From positions 29,904 to 93,903 of IMG/VR virus record IMGVR_UViG_3300003523_000012: DNA of 64,000 bases; one strand, written 5' to 3'. Position numbers and translations under genes: made by a program. Position 1 is the first letter of the stretch. Each line of letters begins with the position of its first letter. The DNA is from a virus (Duplodnaviria > Caudoviricetes). The notes below the pieces were generated by a model. That model made no database searches, was not told the DNA's origin, and saw nothing but the letters and a program-made list of their open reading frames with translations. This document shows positions 47,167 to 57,940 of this stretch, one piece after another.

Positions 47167-47564
47167 AAGTATTTCTTGAATTGTTTTTTAAAATCTTGAA
47201 GAGTATAAGTCTCTACCCAAGATTTCATTTTAAGATCAAATGAGTCCATGGCTCTAAGCATGTCTTCTAACTCTTTTACACTTTTAGTTGGATCTTTCAC
47301 AATATAGATGTGAGTGTACTCATCAGTTAAAGTGCCAATAATGCTTTTAAGCTCAGATTCAGTCAGTATGAAGTAGTGCCAATAATCAAAATCAGCAATC
47401 ACTATATGACCTATATTATTTTTTCTATTCCCATATCGACTATACTTTTGAGCATCAACACCAGTTGGATATAGTATGAATAGGCCATAAGGGAACTTGC
47501 TGTTTCCACTATGAGCTCTATTGATTGTCTTTTTAGATATCAAAGCTTCTTTAAGTTGTTTCAT
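47163..47564 (-). CDS. LISK..IHRAH-leader family protein (second body type)
   Basis: MKQLKEALISKKTINRAHS. Confidence 0.85.
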   Translation of the reverse strand: MKQLKEALISKKTINRAHSGNSKFPYGLFILYPTGVDAQKYSRYGNRKNNIGHIVIADFDYWHYFILTESELKSIIGTLTDEYTHIYIVKDPTKSVKELEDMLRAMDSFDLKMKSWVETYTLQDFKKQFKKYL

Positions 47565-47567
47565 AAT

Positions 47568-47891
47568 CTATATCAATGTTTTAGGATCTTTACAAAGCTT
47601 TACAAGATCATCATAACTACTTTTCTCTATAAAATCTAAAAGCTCATCCTCATCATTTGTTTCATATTTAAAAACATTAGTCTCTTTATCTTTAAATGGA
47701 TACACTTCCATTAATCCTTCATAATCAGTAATATACCATATCCAACCATCTTTATCTATGGTTTCTGAAAAAAGTAATTCAGCACATTTATCTTCATCCT
47801 CTTTAAATGCTCGAATAGCATAATTATAGCTTCCTTTAACATGTGCTCTATGCAATGTCTTTTTAGATATAAGTGCTTTCAATGGTCTCAT
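47568..47891 (-). CDS. LISK..IHRAH-leader family protein (second body type)
   Basis: MRPLKALISKKTLHRAHV. Confidence 0.85.
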   Translation of the reverse strand: MRPLKALISKKTLHRAHVKGSYNYAIRAFKEDEDKCAELLFSETIDKDGWIWYITDYEGLMEVYPFKDKETNVFKYETNDEDELLDFIEKSSYDDLVKLCKDPKTLI

Positions 47892-48541
47892 TTCTTCTCA
47901 GTTGGATTAGTATAGAAATATACACTTTCTTCATTCTTCATGTCTTCTAAGTTGTCACTAGAGTGCAGCACATTCCTCATGTCTGACTCACCCCACTCTT
48001 TTCTTATCTCATCTTTAAGCTTTGACACTTCATTGAAGACAGTTTTCATTTTCTTTTTGTTCATTGGCTTGAAGAGCATGCCAGTAGACAAGTCACTAGA
48101 CATATATTTCACTAAGTCATCGAAGAAAGACTCTTTCTTGTGGACAGCATACAAAGCTTTAGCTTCTTTCTCTAGAAGTTGCTTTGTCCTTGTAGCTACA
48201 AGCTCATACTTGTGCTCTTTGAACTTGTTGATGATTTGCTCACTGAGCTTCAAGAATCCTGGCTTGAGCACTACAAATATGTGCTTCCCTTCAGGGAACT
48301 CAATGGATTCTTCATCAGTATCTTCAAATTTAGCATAAGGAGTATTATACAGAGACTCTCTCAAGTATTCAGTCAAAGTCTTGCACTCTTTCACCATGAA
48401 CTCTTTTATCTCTTTATCAGTCATGTCTCCATCTGCTATATCTAGAACAGCTTTGTTGACTTTGTTTCGTGCTAGTTTGCCTTTGCGCACAGCATAAGCC
48501 ATGCAGAACAGTCTTTTTTGTGATTCACTTTTAGATGGCAT
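47888..48541 (-). CDS. ndk: nucleoside diphosphate kinase fused to an N-terminal DUF3008-like peptide
   Basis: FVVLKP, LYAVHKKESFFDDLVKYMSS, RNVLHSSD; N-terminus MPSKSESQKRLF. Confidence 0.8.
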   Translation of the reverse strand: MPSKSESQKRLFCMAYAVRKGKLARNKVNKAVLDIADGDMTDKEIKEFMVKECKTLTEYLRESLYNTPYAKFEDTDEESIEFPEGKHIFVVLKPGFLKLSEQIINKFKEHKYELVATRTKQLLEKEAKALYAVHKKESFFDDLVKYMSSDLSTGMLFKPMNKKKMKTVFNEVSKLKDEIRKEWGESDMRNVLHSSDNLEDMKNEESVYFYTNPTEKK

Positions 48542-48546
48542 GATAG

Positions 48547-50604
48547 TTATACTATTTTTATAAGAATACCTTTGTTCATTTGAGCATTGTAGATCAAGTC
48601 CATCACACTTCTAGAGTTTGTAGTCAATGAGCTCGGAAGATGAAGATTGACTGTTGAGTTAGGTCCAGCAGTGTCAAATGATACATTATATTCTTGTGTT
48701 TTCATGTGCATTACAAGATACTCAAGACTAGCAAAGTCTATATTAGTTCCAGACAAGTCAATGTCATCAACTTTAGTTGGGTCTATGTTGTCTATTCTCA
48801 AGTCAGTAAGAGCAGAGCATCCAACAAAAGCATTTGTGAAGCCATTGTGCTCAACTGATGTAGCATCTAGAACAAGTCTCTTTAGAGAAGAGCATCCTTT
48901 GAATGCATTAGAGAATGACTTGACACTTATAGTGTCTGGTATGTATATAGACTCAAGACTTTGGCAATTCATGAATGAGCTATCCATAGAAGTAGAGTTA
49001 GCTAGCTCAAGTCTTGGAATTCTTACAAGATTTGTGCAGTCTTTGAACATTTCAACAGCTTCATTGCCACTCAAGTCTTGATAGTCTTGGATGTTTGGAA
49101 CTTGTGTTGTGCCGGTCTCTTTATACTTGTCATATGGAATGTGCTCTATCCAGCTTCCAGCTTCAATTGCTCCACCAGGATTGTTATTAGTTATATAATT
49201 GTTAATTATATTCGGGATAGTAGTGTTGTTATTTATGACATTCTGAACAATGTTCTCAATGAGCTGGTTCAAGTCTTGTCCACTTCCAGACCCTTCTATA
49301 ATTATATTGTTAGTTCCTTCAACTCTTACACCAGTAGAGCGACCATTCACAAACCAGTATTTCACTGGAGCAGCATCAGCTGACTCTCTCACTTCTCTTA
49401 TATAAGGGACATTGACACGATTGTCTTTGAAGTCACTCAAATGGATGTTCATTTGCTCGATGTAAGACTGGACTTGGTCAGTATAGTCATCAAGAGACTC
49501 AGCTGCGGCATTGAATCTGTCCATTACAGCAGCCATCTCTGGATAGAGGTCACCAAGAGAAGCGGTCACCTCAGCACCAGAAGTGTTCTGTCCACCTTGT
49601 GGGAGCAATGACTCAGCACAGAATTTAGTTGTCACTCTCAACCCATAAGATGAGCCCTGCCCATATATGTCATCATTAGTTACGACTTTATTGACTTCAT
49701 TTTCTAGTGTGTTCCCTGAGATTTGTCCTGTAAAATATATACCCATAGGAACAGCAGTATAAATATAATGATAATCATTATGTTCATCTTTGGCTACAAT
49801 ATCATAGAAAAGAGCAATAGTGTTGAATGTAAATGATGGATCATTCTTTAGTTTAAAATAATTCTGGTTGTTCAGTATATCCTGCATGAACACTTGATGA
49901 AGTGAGTCTAAAGTGTTCAAGCTTGAATATCTAGTTTGGTTATCTTCACAAGTCAAGATAGCAGGTCCATCAAAGAATGTTGGAATAGTGATTGTGCTAT
50001 CTGCTTGATGAGTGGCCACACTGCTTGATGAAGTTGGATTTGGATATGATGCAGATGTCCATCTGAATGGATAAGGTTCTTCAAGACAAGCATTATTAAA
50101 AGTTATATCTGTTGTTTGTTGAGATGAGGAAGATGCTACTTCCCAATTAGACATTCTTTTTGCATTTGTAGGGACTATGCAATATAGTTCAGAGTAAGTG
50201 ACTCCATCTATATAATTAGTGCCTTGAAGATCCATTTCACCTACATAGACAATTTCACTATTGTCATTATTAGGTCCTATAGTTACATTTAAATGATTTT
50301 TCAATGTATCCCAGAAAAGGATAGAAGCATGTCTAGGTGTGAATCTTTCAACTTCATTTGTGTCATTGTCAAAGTAGTGTCTGAATGCAGCACAACGGTG
50401 TTCAAATATGTCTTGGAATATGCTTCCAACTTGATCATTAGATTTTCCATTATAATTGATATTCATGCAAGCAAATCTGCTTGGCACTATTCGATATGCA
50501 TCACCTAAAGCATTTTGTAAAGTAAGATCCTCACCCCATTGTGAGAATGTAAAGAATGTTCCACCTTGGGTATTAAGCGGACGTAAAAGATTGCATTTAG
50601 CCAT
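48547..50604 (-). CDS. large structural protein with C-terminal BspA-type LRRs
   Basis: MFKDCTNL / FMNCQSL / FKGCSSL / FVGCSAL repeats. Confidence 0.65.
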   Translation of the reverse strand: MAKCNLLRPLNTQGGTFFTFSQWGEDLTLQNALGDAYRIVPSRFACMNINYNGKSNDQVGSIFQDIFEHRCAAFRHYFDNDTNEVERFTPRHASILFWDTLKNHLNVTIGPNNDNSEIVYVGEMDLQGTNYIDGVTYSELYCIVPTNAKRMSNWEVASSSSQQTTDITFNNACLEEPYPFRWTSASYPNPTSSSSVATHQADSTITIPTFFDGPAILTCEDNQTRYSSLNTLDSLHQVFMQDILNNQNYFKLKNDPSFTFNTIALFYDIVAKDEHNDYHYIYTAVPMGIYFTGQISGNTLENEVNKVVTNDDIYGQGSSYGLRVTTKFCAESLLPQGGQNTSGAEVTASLGDLYPEMAAVMDRFNAAAESLDDYTDQVQSYIEQMNIHLSDFKDNRVNVPYIREVRESADAAPVKYWFVNGRSTGVRVEGTNNIIIEGSGSGQDLNQLIENIVQNVINNNTTIPNIINNYITNNNPGGAIEAGSWIEHIPYDKYKETGTTQVPNIQDYQDLSGNEAVEMFKDCTNLVRIPRLELANSTSMDSSFMNCQSLESIYIPDTISVKSFSNAFKGCSSLKRLVLDATSVEHNGFTNAFVGCSALTDLRIDNIDPTKVDDIDLSGTNIDFASLEYLVMHMKTQEYNVSFDTAGPNSTVNLHLPSSLTTNSRSVMDLIYNAQMNKGILIKIV

Positions 50605-50707
50605 TTGAAATATTGCTTTTTTCTATTCTTTTATAAAATAATATATAGAATCCGCTTTATAAAAATGATTATTGCTATCTTATTATTATAAAAAACAACA
50701 GGTCTAG

Positions 50708-52501
50708 ATGAAATACATAGTTGAAGTTCTTTCCCCTAACGGAAGTGGAACTCGAACAACAAGTTATCCAAGTAAAGATGCGGCTAAAACCGCATTAGAC
50801 AATTATGGGTACCATAGACCTGGTCAGCCTATTATTGCTCTTTATAGTGATAATGGTGAGGACAAAGCACTCATTGCTGTTGGGACTGGAACTGGACTTA
50901 CTGATTACTATATAATAGGATGTGACTGCAATGGATCTAGCAATTACATAACAAACATAAGTGCTAAGAATGTTATCCTAGAACCTATAGAGATCACAGA
51001 TCTTCTTAGTGCTACTGGTCCTGGCCAAGATTTCGACACTAATTTAGTCACTTACCATAAAATGGGTGGGGCTGATCGACACTTTGGATGGTTAGGAACA
51101 ACAGAAGCAGCTTGGGCGGTCCAACACTCTGGAAACAATTTCTATTTTGGAGGAAACACACAGCTCTCTGTTCAAGATGCATTTGATGCTATTTTGTATG
51201 GAAGACAAGTTGATCGTGATGGAATCCGACCTATAGTTGATATCAAGGTCTCTTTAGATGGCTCAACTTGGATGGATAGCTTGTCTCTGACATTTGCTAC
51301 AATTGAGTCTGATCCAATAACTGTTTATGTGAGACTTATTGTCTCAAATTATTCAAGCTTGATAGGAACATCTTACTCATTGAATCCAGCAGAACCAATT
51401 GATTTAGAGCAGGAATTTCATGATCATAATGGTATATGTGATTATCAAGTAACTATAAATCCTTCTAATAATACATTAGAATACACATTTAGTGCTTCTA
51501 ATATCCATGGCTCAGCTTCTGATACTGCTAGAATATATTGTAATGTTGAGAGTGAGCCTGGTGATAACAAGTATACAGTCATTGTGATCTCAAATGGTGG
51601 TGGTACCGTGTCATTAGTAAATCATCCAAATACTACAAACCAAATTGAGATTGGAACTCCATTCACTGATGATGCTACTGCTACACCAGATTCTACGCAT
51701 GAGTTTGATAAATGGGAAAGAAGACTGAATGGCGTTCTTGATGGTGATTGGCAAACTGCTACTGTATCTATCAATGAAGATGGCAATTTCACTGATAGTG
51801 ATACTATAATCTACACTGCTTACTTCAATGAGCTTCCTAGTGTTCCTAAATATAGAGTTGTTATCAAATCAGAAAACAATAATTATGGTAGCGTAACTCC
51901 AAGTGGAACATATGAATACCCAGTCGAAACACAATGTCCTATTGCATCTTCAAAAGCTACGGCAAAGCCAAATTACAAATTTGTGAATTGGACTAAAAAG
52001 ATTGGAAATGGACAAGAAGCAGTTGAGACTACAAATGAGACAGTTACAATTGGAATCACTATGATGGAAGAGACAACTGTAACTTATACCGCTCATTTTG
52101 AATATGTTCCTCAAGATCTTCCTCAATGGCATAATAATCTAGGAACTGATAATTGGAGAGATATGTATACTTCAATAAGTGCATTGAAGAGTGGTGCAGA
52201 TTTGAAGGGTGCTGATGGAATTCTTTATGAAAAACTTTGGGATATTCCAGATATGTCAAGTTATACAGATAGTTATCCTTGTAGTAATGCTGATTATTAT
52301 TTCCCATACGTACAAGCTGAAGGTATTGGAGATATTTATATAAAAGTTCCAAATGGAACAAATAGTATAACTGTATATAATTTTGATCCTGATAGCAAAA
52401 CTTGGTTTGAACAAAATGTTTTTGTTAGTGCTGGCAATAATACTTATAAATTTGCTTATACTATGGAAATACAATCTATATATGCAATAAAATTAAATTA
52501 A
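50708..52501 (+). CDS. virion/tail-associated protein with InlB B-repeat-like domains
   Basis: ATP...FDKW...IYTAYF and AKPNYKFVNW...TYTAHF. Confidence 0.6.
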   Translation: MKYIVEVLSPNGSGTRTTSYPSKDAAKTALDNYGYHRPGQPIIALYSDNGEDKALIAVGTGTGLTDYYIIGCDCNGSSNYITNISAKNVILEPIEITDLLSATGPGQDFDTNLVTYHKMGGADRHFGWLGTTEAAWAVQHSGNNFYFGGNTQLSVQDAFDAILYGRQVDRDGIRPIVDIKVSLDGSTWMDSLSLTFATIESDPITVYVRLIVSNYSSLIGTSYSLNPAEPIDLEQEFHDHNGICDYQVTINPSNNTLEYTFSASNIHGSASDTARIYCNVESEPGDNKYTVIVISNGGGTVSLVNHPNTTNQIEIGTPFTDDATATPDSTHEFDKWERRLNGVLDGDWQTATVSINEDGNFTDSDTIIYTAYFNELPSVPKYRVVIKSENNNYGSVTPSGTYEYPVETQCPIASSKATAKPNYKFVNWTKKIGNGQEAVETTNETVTIGITMMEETTVTYTAHFEYVPQDLPQWHNNLGTDNWRDMYTSISALKSGADLKGADGILYEKLWDIPDMSSYTDSYPCSNADYYFPYVQAEGIGDIYIKVPNGTNSITVYNFDPDSKTWFEQNVFVSAGNNTYKFAYTMEIQSIYAIKLN

Positions 52502-52502
52502 A

Positions 52503-54248
52503 ATGAAATATACAGAAAATATACAACCTAAAAGTTTTGGCAATACTATAACTGCTGCGGTTCCAATAGATGCCAGATTAATTCAATCAGAAAAAGAAGA
52601 TTTATTTAAATCTTCTAGTTTTAGAACATCTGGAATATCTGATTATAGGTATAAAGGAATGTTAGTCACAGTAGTTGATGATACTAATGATAATAATGGT
52701 GTATATCTACTTATTGATACTTCTAATAAAAATAATGAAGCTGGTTGGCAGAAACTTCTAGATCTTCCAGATGCTGACCAATTTAATACTGGAGATGAGA
52801 TAGTCCTCAAGAAAAATCAAGATGGAAGTCTTGCTTGGGCTAAGAAGTCTGGTGGAAGTGGATCTGGCTCTGGTGTCGACTCATTAGAAGATCTTACTGA
52901 TGTCTATGTAGCAAGCAAAGAAGATGGTCAAGTACTTTCTTGGAATGCTGCTAAAAACAAATGGATATCAGTAACTCCTATTAATAATCTATCAGATCTT
53001 GATGATGTTGATGTTTCTGGAGAAATTTCTAATGGATATGTTCTAAAATGGAATGGAAACAAATGGATAGCTGCTCCAGATCAAACTGGCAGTGGATCTG
53101 GTGGTGATGCAGTCACAGCTTCTGATATTGATTATAGATTAGTGTTCACTCCAACTGGTGAAGGTGGTCTTGGATATACTGAAAAAGGTACAAATGGAAC
53201 CGGTCTTGGGTATTTGACAAAAGCTCATTTTGCTTCAAATGGGACACAAGGAATAATTCCAGCTGGTACTTCTTATGAAGACATATTCAGAGCTGTTCTT
53301 GAAGGTGAAGAGCAACTTGATGTGAATGTGACTTCAAAATCTGTCACATACAATGCATCTAACCAATATTTTCCTATAGGAAATGTAACTGCTCAACCAT
53401 CTGATGCAAGTATACAGTACTCTTCATCATCTACTGGTCCTTGGACCACTTATAATAATGATATTCATGGAACAAATGCCGGAACATATTCTGGGTATTT
53501 CAGAGTTTCTAAAGGTGGTAAAGTCTCTAGTACTAAACAAGCAAATCTTGTGATAAACAAGAAATCAGTTACAGTGACCCCAGATTTAGTGTCTACAACA
53601 AAATATATTGGTGAGACTATATCATTCACTTCTAATTCTCCAATAGTAAGTGGAGCAATAGGAAATGATACAAATCTTATCAAAAGCACTATAGACTCTT
53701 ATAGCGGAACTAAGTACACAGTGTCAGATAGTCAGTCACTAAATACAGTTGGCACAACTTCTGTCTTGATGACAAGCCAATTGATCAATACTTTAAGTAA
53801 TGACTATTCAAATTATTCATTCTCTTCTGGCACTAAAAATGTCACTGTGAAACCAAGAATACAGTACATGACTTATGTAGACAACAACACATGGAAAGAT
53901 CATATAACTTCAACTACTACATATTATGCAACTCCTTATGACACATTGATTGGAAATGTATATCCTGGAATTCAATCTGTTGGTAGTGGATATTACATGA
54001 TTCCATTCATACATGACACTGCTAATGGAGCATTCAAATTGAGAATTGGTGCACCATACCAGTTGAATCCATCTGATATGAAGTATTGGGACACTCAAAA
54101 TACCATTTGGAAAGCTAAAACTTCAGAACAATTCAATGGCTTTGGAAATCCAATACAGTATGAAGAGAATGGTATAACTTGGAATGAGTACACTTATTCA
54201 GGAAATACTGCAACATCTCCATTAGCAATTAGTATACAAAAGCAATAA
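52503..54248 (+). CDS. tail fibre-like protein
   Basis: AVPIDARL...RYKGMLVTV; LEDLTDV..DGQVLSWN repeats; Ig-like C-terminus. Confidence 0.65.
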   Translation: MKYTENIQPKSFGNTITAAVPIDARLIQSEKEDLFKSSSFRTSGISDYRYKGMLVTVVDDTNDNNGVYLLIDTSNKNNEAGWQKLLDLPDADQFNTGDEIVLKKNQDGSLAWAKKSGGSGSGSGVDSLEDLTDVYVASKEDGQVLSWNAAKNKWISVTPINNLSDLDDVDVSGEISNGYVLKWNGNKWIAAPDQTGSGSGGDAVTASDIDYRLVFTPTGEGGLGYTEKGTNGTGLGYLTKAHFASNGTQGIIPAGTSYEDIFRAVLEGEEQLDVNVTSKSVTYNASNQYFPIGNVTAQPSDASIQYSSSSTGPWTTYNNDIHGTNAGTYSGYFRVSKGGKVSSTKQANLVINKKSVTVTPDLVSTTKYIGETISFTSNSPIVSGAIGNDTNLIKSTIDSYSGTKYTVSDSQSLNTVGTTSVLMTSQLINTLSNDYSNYSFSSGTKNVTVKPRIQYMTYVDNNTWKDHITSTTTYYATPYDTLIGNVYPGIQSVGSGYYMIPFIHDTANGAFKLRIGAPYQLNPSDMKYWDTQNTIWKAKTSEQFNGFGNPIQYEENGITWNEYTYSGNTATSPLAISIQKQ

Positions 54249-54260
54249 AATATAATAGTT

Positions 54261-55223
54261 ATGTCTAAGATATATAATTCAAATTATTCATCACAGGGAT
54301 TCTCAATAAACCCAACAACTGCCCAGCCTTTAGATGTTAGAACAGTTGTTGAGTTATTAGATGATCTCACTAATATTTTAGATGCCGCTGGTGGATATTC
54401 TTATCCTGGTATGGTAGTTGCTGTCATTGGAGACACAATAACTAACAATGGCATATATTACAAAGAGAATAATGGCAACTGGACAAAGATAGGTGAAGGA
54501 TCTAGCACACCAATTGATTTTCCTGAAAATGAAGGTGATTATATTCTTCATATAGATGAAAATGGTGATTACAGTTGGATAGAAGCTCAAAACTCTGAGT
54601 TCACATTCACTGCCGAGTCTCCTTATCTAGAAGGTTCTGGAAGTGGTGATGGATCTGAGTACACTATTGTGAATGACATCTCATCTTCAACTGAGATGAC
54701 AATCAAGAACCAGTATGTTCATAATGGAATAAAGACAGCAGATGTAGTCACGGTGAAAGACTCTGACACTTCATTCCATCTGATGCTCAATCCAGATATA
54801 AGATATGTCTTGTTTGGTGGTGACTCTGAAGGACTTGAGAGAGTCGTGCTGAACATCCAATCACCAATTGTGAAAAGCATACAAGAGATCTCTGGACCTA
54901 TTGGACTCACTTGGTTCATATCTCAAACTAACCTGTATGACACTATGCCAGCAGATGCAGAATTGTATTGGTACAGCTCTCTGGCAGATGCCCAATCTGA
55001 CTTTGAGTCTACACACACTCATAACATAGATCCAAATAACAGTGCTTATAACAATGTTATTGTAGGAAATCCATTGGATGTGTGGTGCATTGCTGCTAAA
55101 GATGGATGGCTAGACTCTTACATCAGACAGCTCCATATGGAAGTCTTCAATGATGCAATCCAAGTCAATGTCTCTATTGTTGACATCACTAGAACAACTG
55201 CTAATGAGAATGTAAATAATTAA
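54261..55223 (+). CDS. tail fibre-like protein
   Basis: AQPLDVRTVV...YPGMVVAV, related to previous N-terminus. Confidence 0.6.
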   Translation: MSKIYNSNYSSQGFSINPTTAQPLDVRTVVELLDDLTNILDAAGGYSYPGMVVAVIGDTITNNGIYYKENNGNWTKIGEGSSTPIDFPENEGDYILHIDENGDYSWIEAQNSEFTFTAESPYLEGSGSGDGSEYTIVNDISSSTEMTIKNQYVHNGIKTADVVTVKDSDTSFHLMLNPDIRYVLFGGDSEGLERVVLNIQSPIVKSIQEISGPIGLTWFISQTNLYDTMPADAELYWYSSLADAQSDFESTHTHNIDPNNSAYNNVIVGNPLDVWCIAAKDGWLDSYIRQLHMEVFNDAIQVNVSIVDITRTTANENVNN

Positions 55224-55236
55224 ACTTATATAGATC

Positions 55237-57930
55237 ATGTCAAATTATCTAAAAACTTTAAATGTCACATTCACTCCTCCAAGTGGTGGATGGGATGAAA
55301 CAGCAAAAACTAAAACATTAAGCAATCCGGATGGAAATACTCCAATCCAAGCAAGTAATGCTATAGATGATGATTTTGGATTATGGCCAGAAACTACTTA
55401 TACTATAACTGCTAATGCTGTGGACTCATATGACCAAGCGGTCACTGTTAATATAGCATCTCAATCATATGAGACTAAAAGAGATTTTCCAGCATTTCAC
55501 AACATGTCTGCTGGTCATGCTATATTAAAAGCTACGGGACAACAAAGTGGTGAAGAGCTTAATGTATTCAACAACAGAAATAACAAGACTTATGGGCTCA
55601 ATCAACCCGACACACTATTCACTTCAGTAACTGATGGGAATACAGAGTCTGATGGAACAAAAAATCAATTGAATGGTGCATTCTTGAATGCTTCTTCATT
55701 TAAAGTTGACTATCTTTCTGACTACTCAGATCCAAACATATATGATTTGGAGGATCTAACAAACTGGATTCAATTGTCTGGTGTCAGTGACATTGCTTCT
55801 AGCAGATATGGAGCATATTATGGTTTCAACTCATTCATTCCAAAAGCAGATGCCGCTATTGAGTTTGATTCATACAACAAGAAATTAGGAGTATACACTA
55901 TTGGTGCTAGTCTTTACAAAGGTGTTTTAGGAACAGACCAAACTGTCACACCAATAACACTTGCTGCAACACCAGTTAGATCTGATATCAGTCCAACTGC
56001 AGTATGTACTGACACTAATGCATTCTTTGATTCTATAGATGAAGGAGATGCTGATGCAGGAAAAGATCTTGCTATTCCAGTCGCATCATCAGGAGCAATA
56101 ACTTATCCAGTAAACAGTATATATAAAACAAAAGTAGATGATCTAAGTGCTACTGTTGTAGAAGAAGAAATTGTTGATAATACTGTAAGTGTTCTAGGTA
56201 TCAGCACTGATGAGTGGAGAGACAATGAGGAAGATGCAGTATGGACATTAGACATCAAAGCCACTGCACCACATAAAACTGGATCTTCTTATAATGTTCC
56301 TACTGAGTCTGATATGAGAATCAACTTATGGACCCTGTTCCCACCAAGACAAGTGTTGAAGAAAGTTGTGGTAAATTCAGGAACTCAGTCATTGAATGAA
56401 GTGCAATTCTCTAGCCAGAACTGGTATGCTGAGTCACCAGAAATGACTTCTATCAATTTCACTGGTAGAAATGTGCCATATCAAGGTGATGAAAAAGTTG
56501 GATATTTCAATTTCAGCACAGAGACTGATAGCAGAAGACCTTTCTTGCCTCTTGTTCATAAGAATCTTGATGTATCTAATTATGTGTTTGGTTTTGTCCC
56601 AGGTTTTGATACAAAGGATGATGATAATGACTATGAGAATTTCTTTATAGCAAATGATCCAATCGGAACTTATCAAGATGATGGAGATATTTGCACATTT
56701 GGTACGGCATTTGTTGTAGAAGGATTGTTTGAGCCTCTTGGTTCAAATGAAGCTCTCGCTATATTGTCAAATCCATGTGATCCAGAATTGAATTGGAAAG
56801 TTCTGACAATGCATGATACAGAAACTTCTCTTACAACTGGAAAAATTGATGATGATTTTTATGAGGCTGTAATGGCTGATAAAACTAAAGTTGAAAATAT
56901 TTCTAATGATATTGGTTTCTCAGCAGAAAGTATGGATGATTTTAATAGAGCTTTGTCAACTGGAACTGAAGAAGATAGAAACTTCACACAAACTATATAT
57001 AGAACTAGTTGGCCAGATTATGACACTACTATAGATTATAATACATCTACTCCATTAGGAGCAGGAACTAATTTCTATCAAGAATTGATTCCTGGTAGAT
57101 ACTATGCATTCAAGGTCACTTCAGCTAACTATGCAGGCATCTCATCTAAGCCATTCATCATCAAGACAGCTGAAGCTGAGTCATCAACACTTATTACCAC
57201 TATTAATAATGATTCTACTACCACTGGAACTAATACTCAACCAGGAACTTATCAGATTGGTAGTATAAGTATTCAAACAGAATCAACTCTACCAATAGAT
57301 GTTACTTTCCAACTAGGTGCAGGAACACAAATTGCTAACAATTCAGTAATAGAGATTACAGATACTCATACTGGACACACATACACATCTCAAGGTGCTA
57401 CATCTTGGAATGGAACTTCTCCAGCATTCAGCACTTCTGGAACATACACTTTGACTATAACTTCTCCTACAACTAAGTTAGCTAATGATAATTCTGGTTC
57501 TGTGATTGCACCAATCATTCACACTTATGAAATTACTGTGACTGACTCTAACTCATTGTCAGTCACAACTGGAAATGCATCTAGTGTCGGTATTGATTCT
57601 GCTACTTTGAATGGCTCTTGGACTAAGACTGGAAGTCACAATGTGACTGCTGAAGGATTCAAGTGGTGGGTAACTTCTGATGGTGAAAATACTGCAACAA
57701 CAATACCTGTCTCTGAAACAACTTCTTCATTCTCTTATAACTTGTCTAGTTTGAGTCCAAACACTTCATACACATACAAAGCTTATGCAACATCAGATGA
57801 TACAACTATAGGAACAAATGGCACTGTATGGGGTCAACCAGTAACATTCACAACAGATAGCAATGTGAATCCTGTGAATCTTGACTTCAACTCAATCACT
57901 AGAACAACTGGAACAATAACTGTATCTTAA
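55237..57930 (+). CDS. large virion protein with C-terminal FN3-like domain
   Basis: SATLNG...LSSLSPNTSYTYKAYAT...WG...FTT. Confidence 0.65.
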   Translation: MSNYLKTLNVTFTPPSGGWDETAKTKTLSNPDGNTPIQASNAIDDDFGLWPETTYTITANAVDSYDQAVTVNIASQSYETKRDFPAFHNMSAGHAILKATGQQSGEELNVFNNRNNKTYGLNQPDTLFTSVTDGNTESDGTKNQLNGAFLNASSFKVDYLSDYSDPNIYDLEDLTNWIQLSGVSDIASSRYGAYYGFNSFIPKADAAIEFDSYNKKLGVYTIGASLYKGVLGTDQTVTPITLAATPVRSDISPTAVCTDTNAFFDSIDEGDADAGKDLAIPVASSGAITYPVNSIYKTKVDDLSATVVEEEIVDNTVSVLGISTDEWRDNEEDAVWTLDIKATAPHKTGSSYNVPTESDMRINLWTLFPPRQVLKKVVVNSGTQSLNEVQFSSQNWYAESPEMTSINFTGRNVPYQGDEKVGYFNFSTETDSRRPFLPLVHKNLDVSNYVFGFVPGFDTKDDDNDYENFFIANDPIGTYQDDGDICTFGTAFVVEGLFEPLGSNEALAILSNPCDPELNWKVLTMHDTETSLTTGKIDDDFYEAVMADKTKVENISNDIGFSAESMDDFNRALSTGTEEDRNFTQTIYRTSWPDYDTTIDYNTSTPLGAGTNFYQELIPGRYYAFKVTSANYAGISSKPFIIKTAEAESSTLITTINNDSTTTGTNTQPGTYQIGSISIQTESTLPIDVTFQLGAGTQIANNSVIEITDTHTGHTYTSQGATSWNGTSPAFSTSGTYTLTITSPTTKLANDNSGSVIAPIIHTYEITVTDSNSLSVTTGNASSVGIDSATLNGSWTKTGSHNVTAEGFKWWVTSDGENTATTIPVSETTSSFSYNLSSLSPNTSYTYKAYATSDDTTIGTNGTVWGQPVTFTTDSNVNPVNLDFNSITRTTGTITVS

Positions 57931-57940
57931 TAAATAACTT

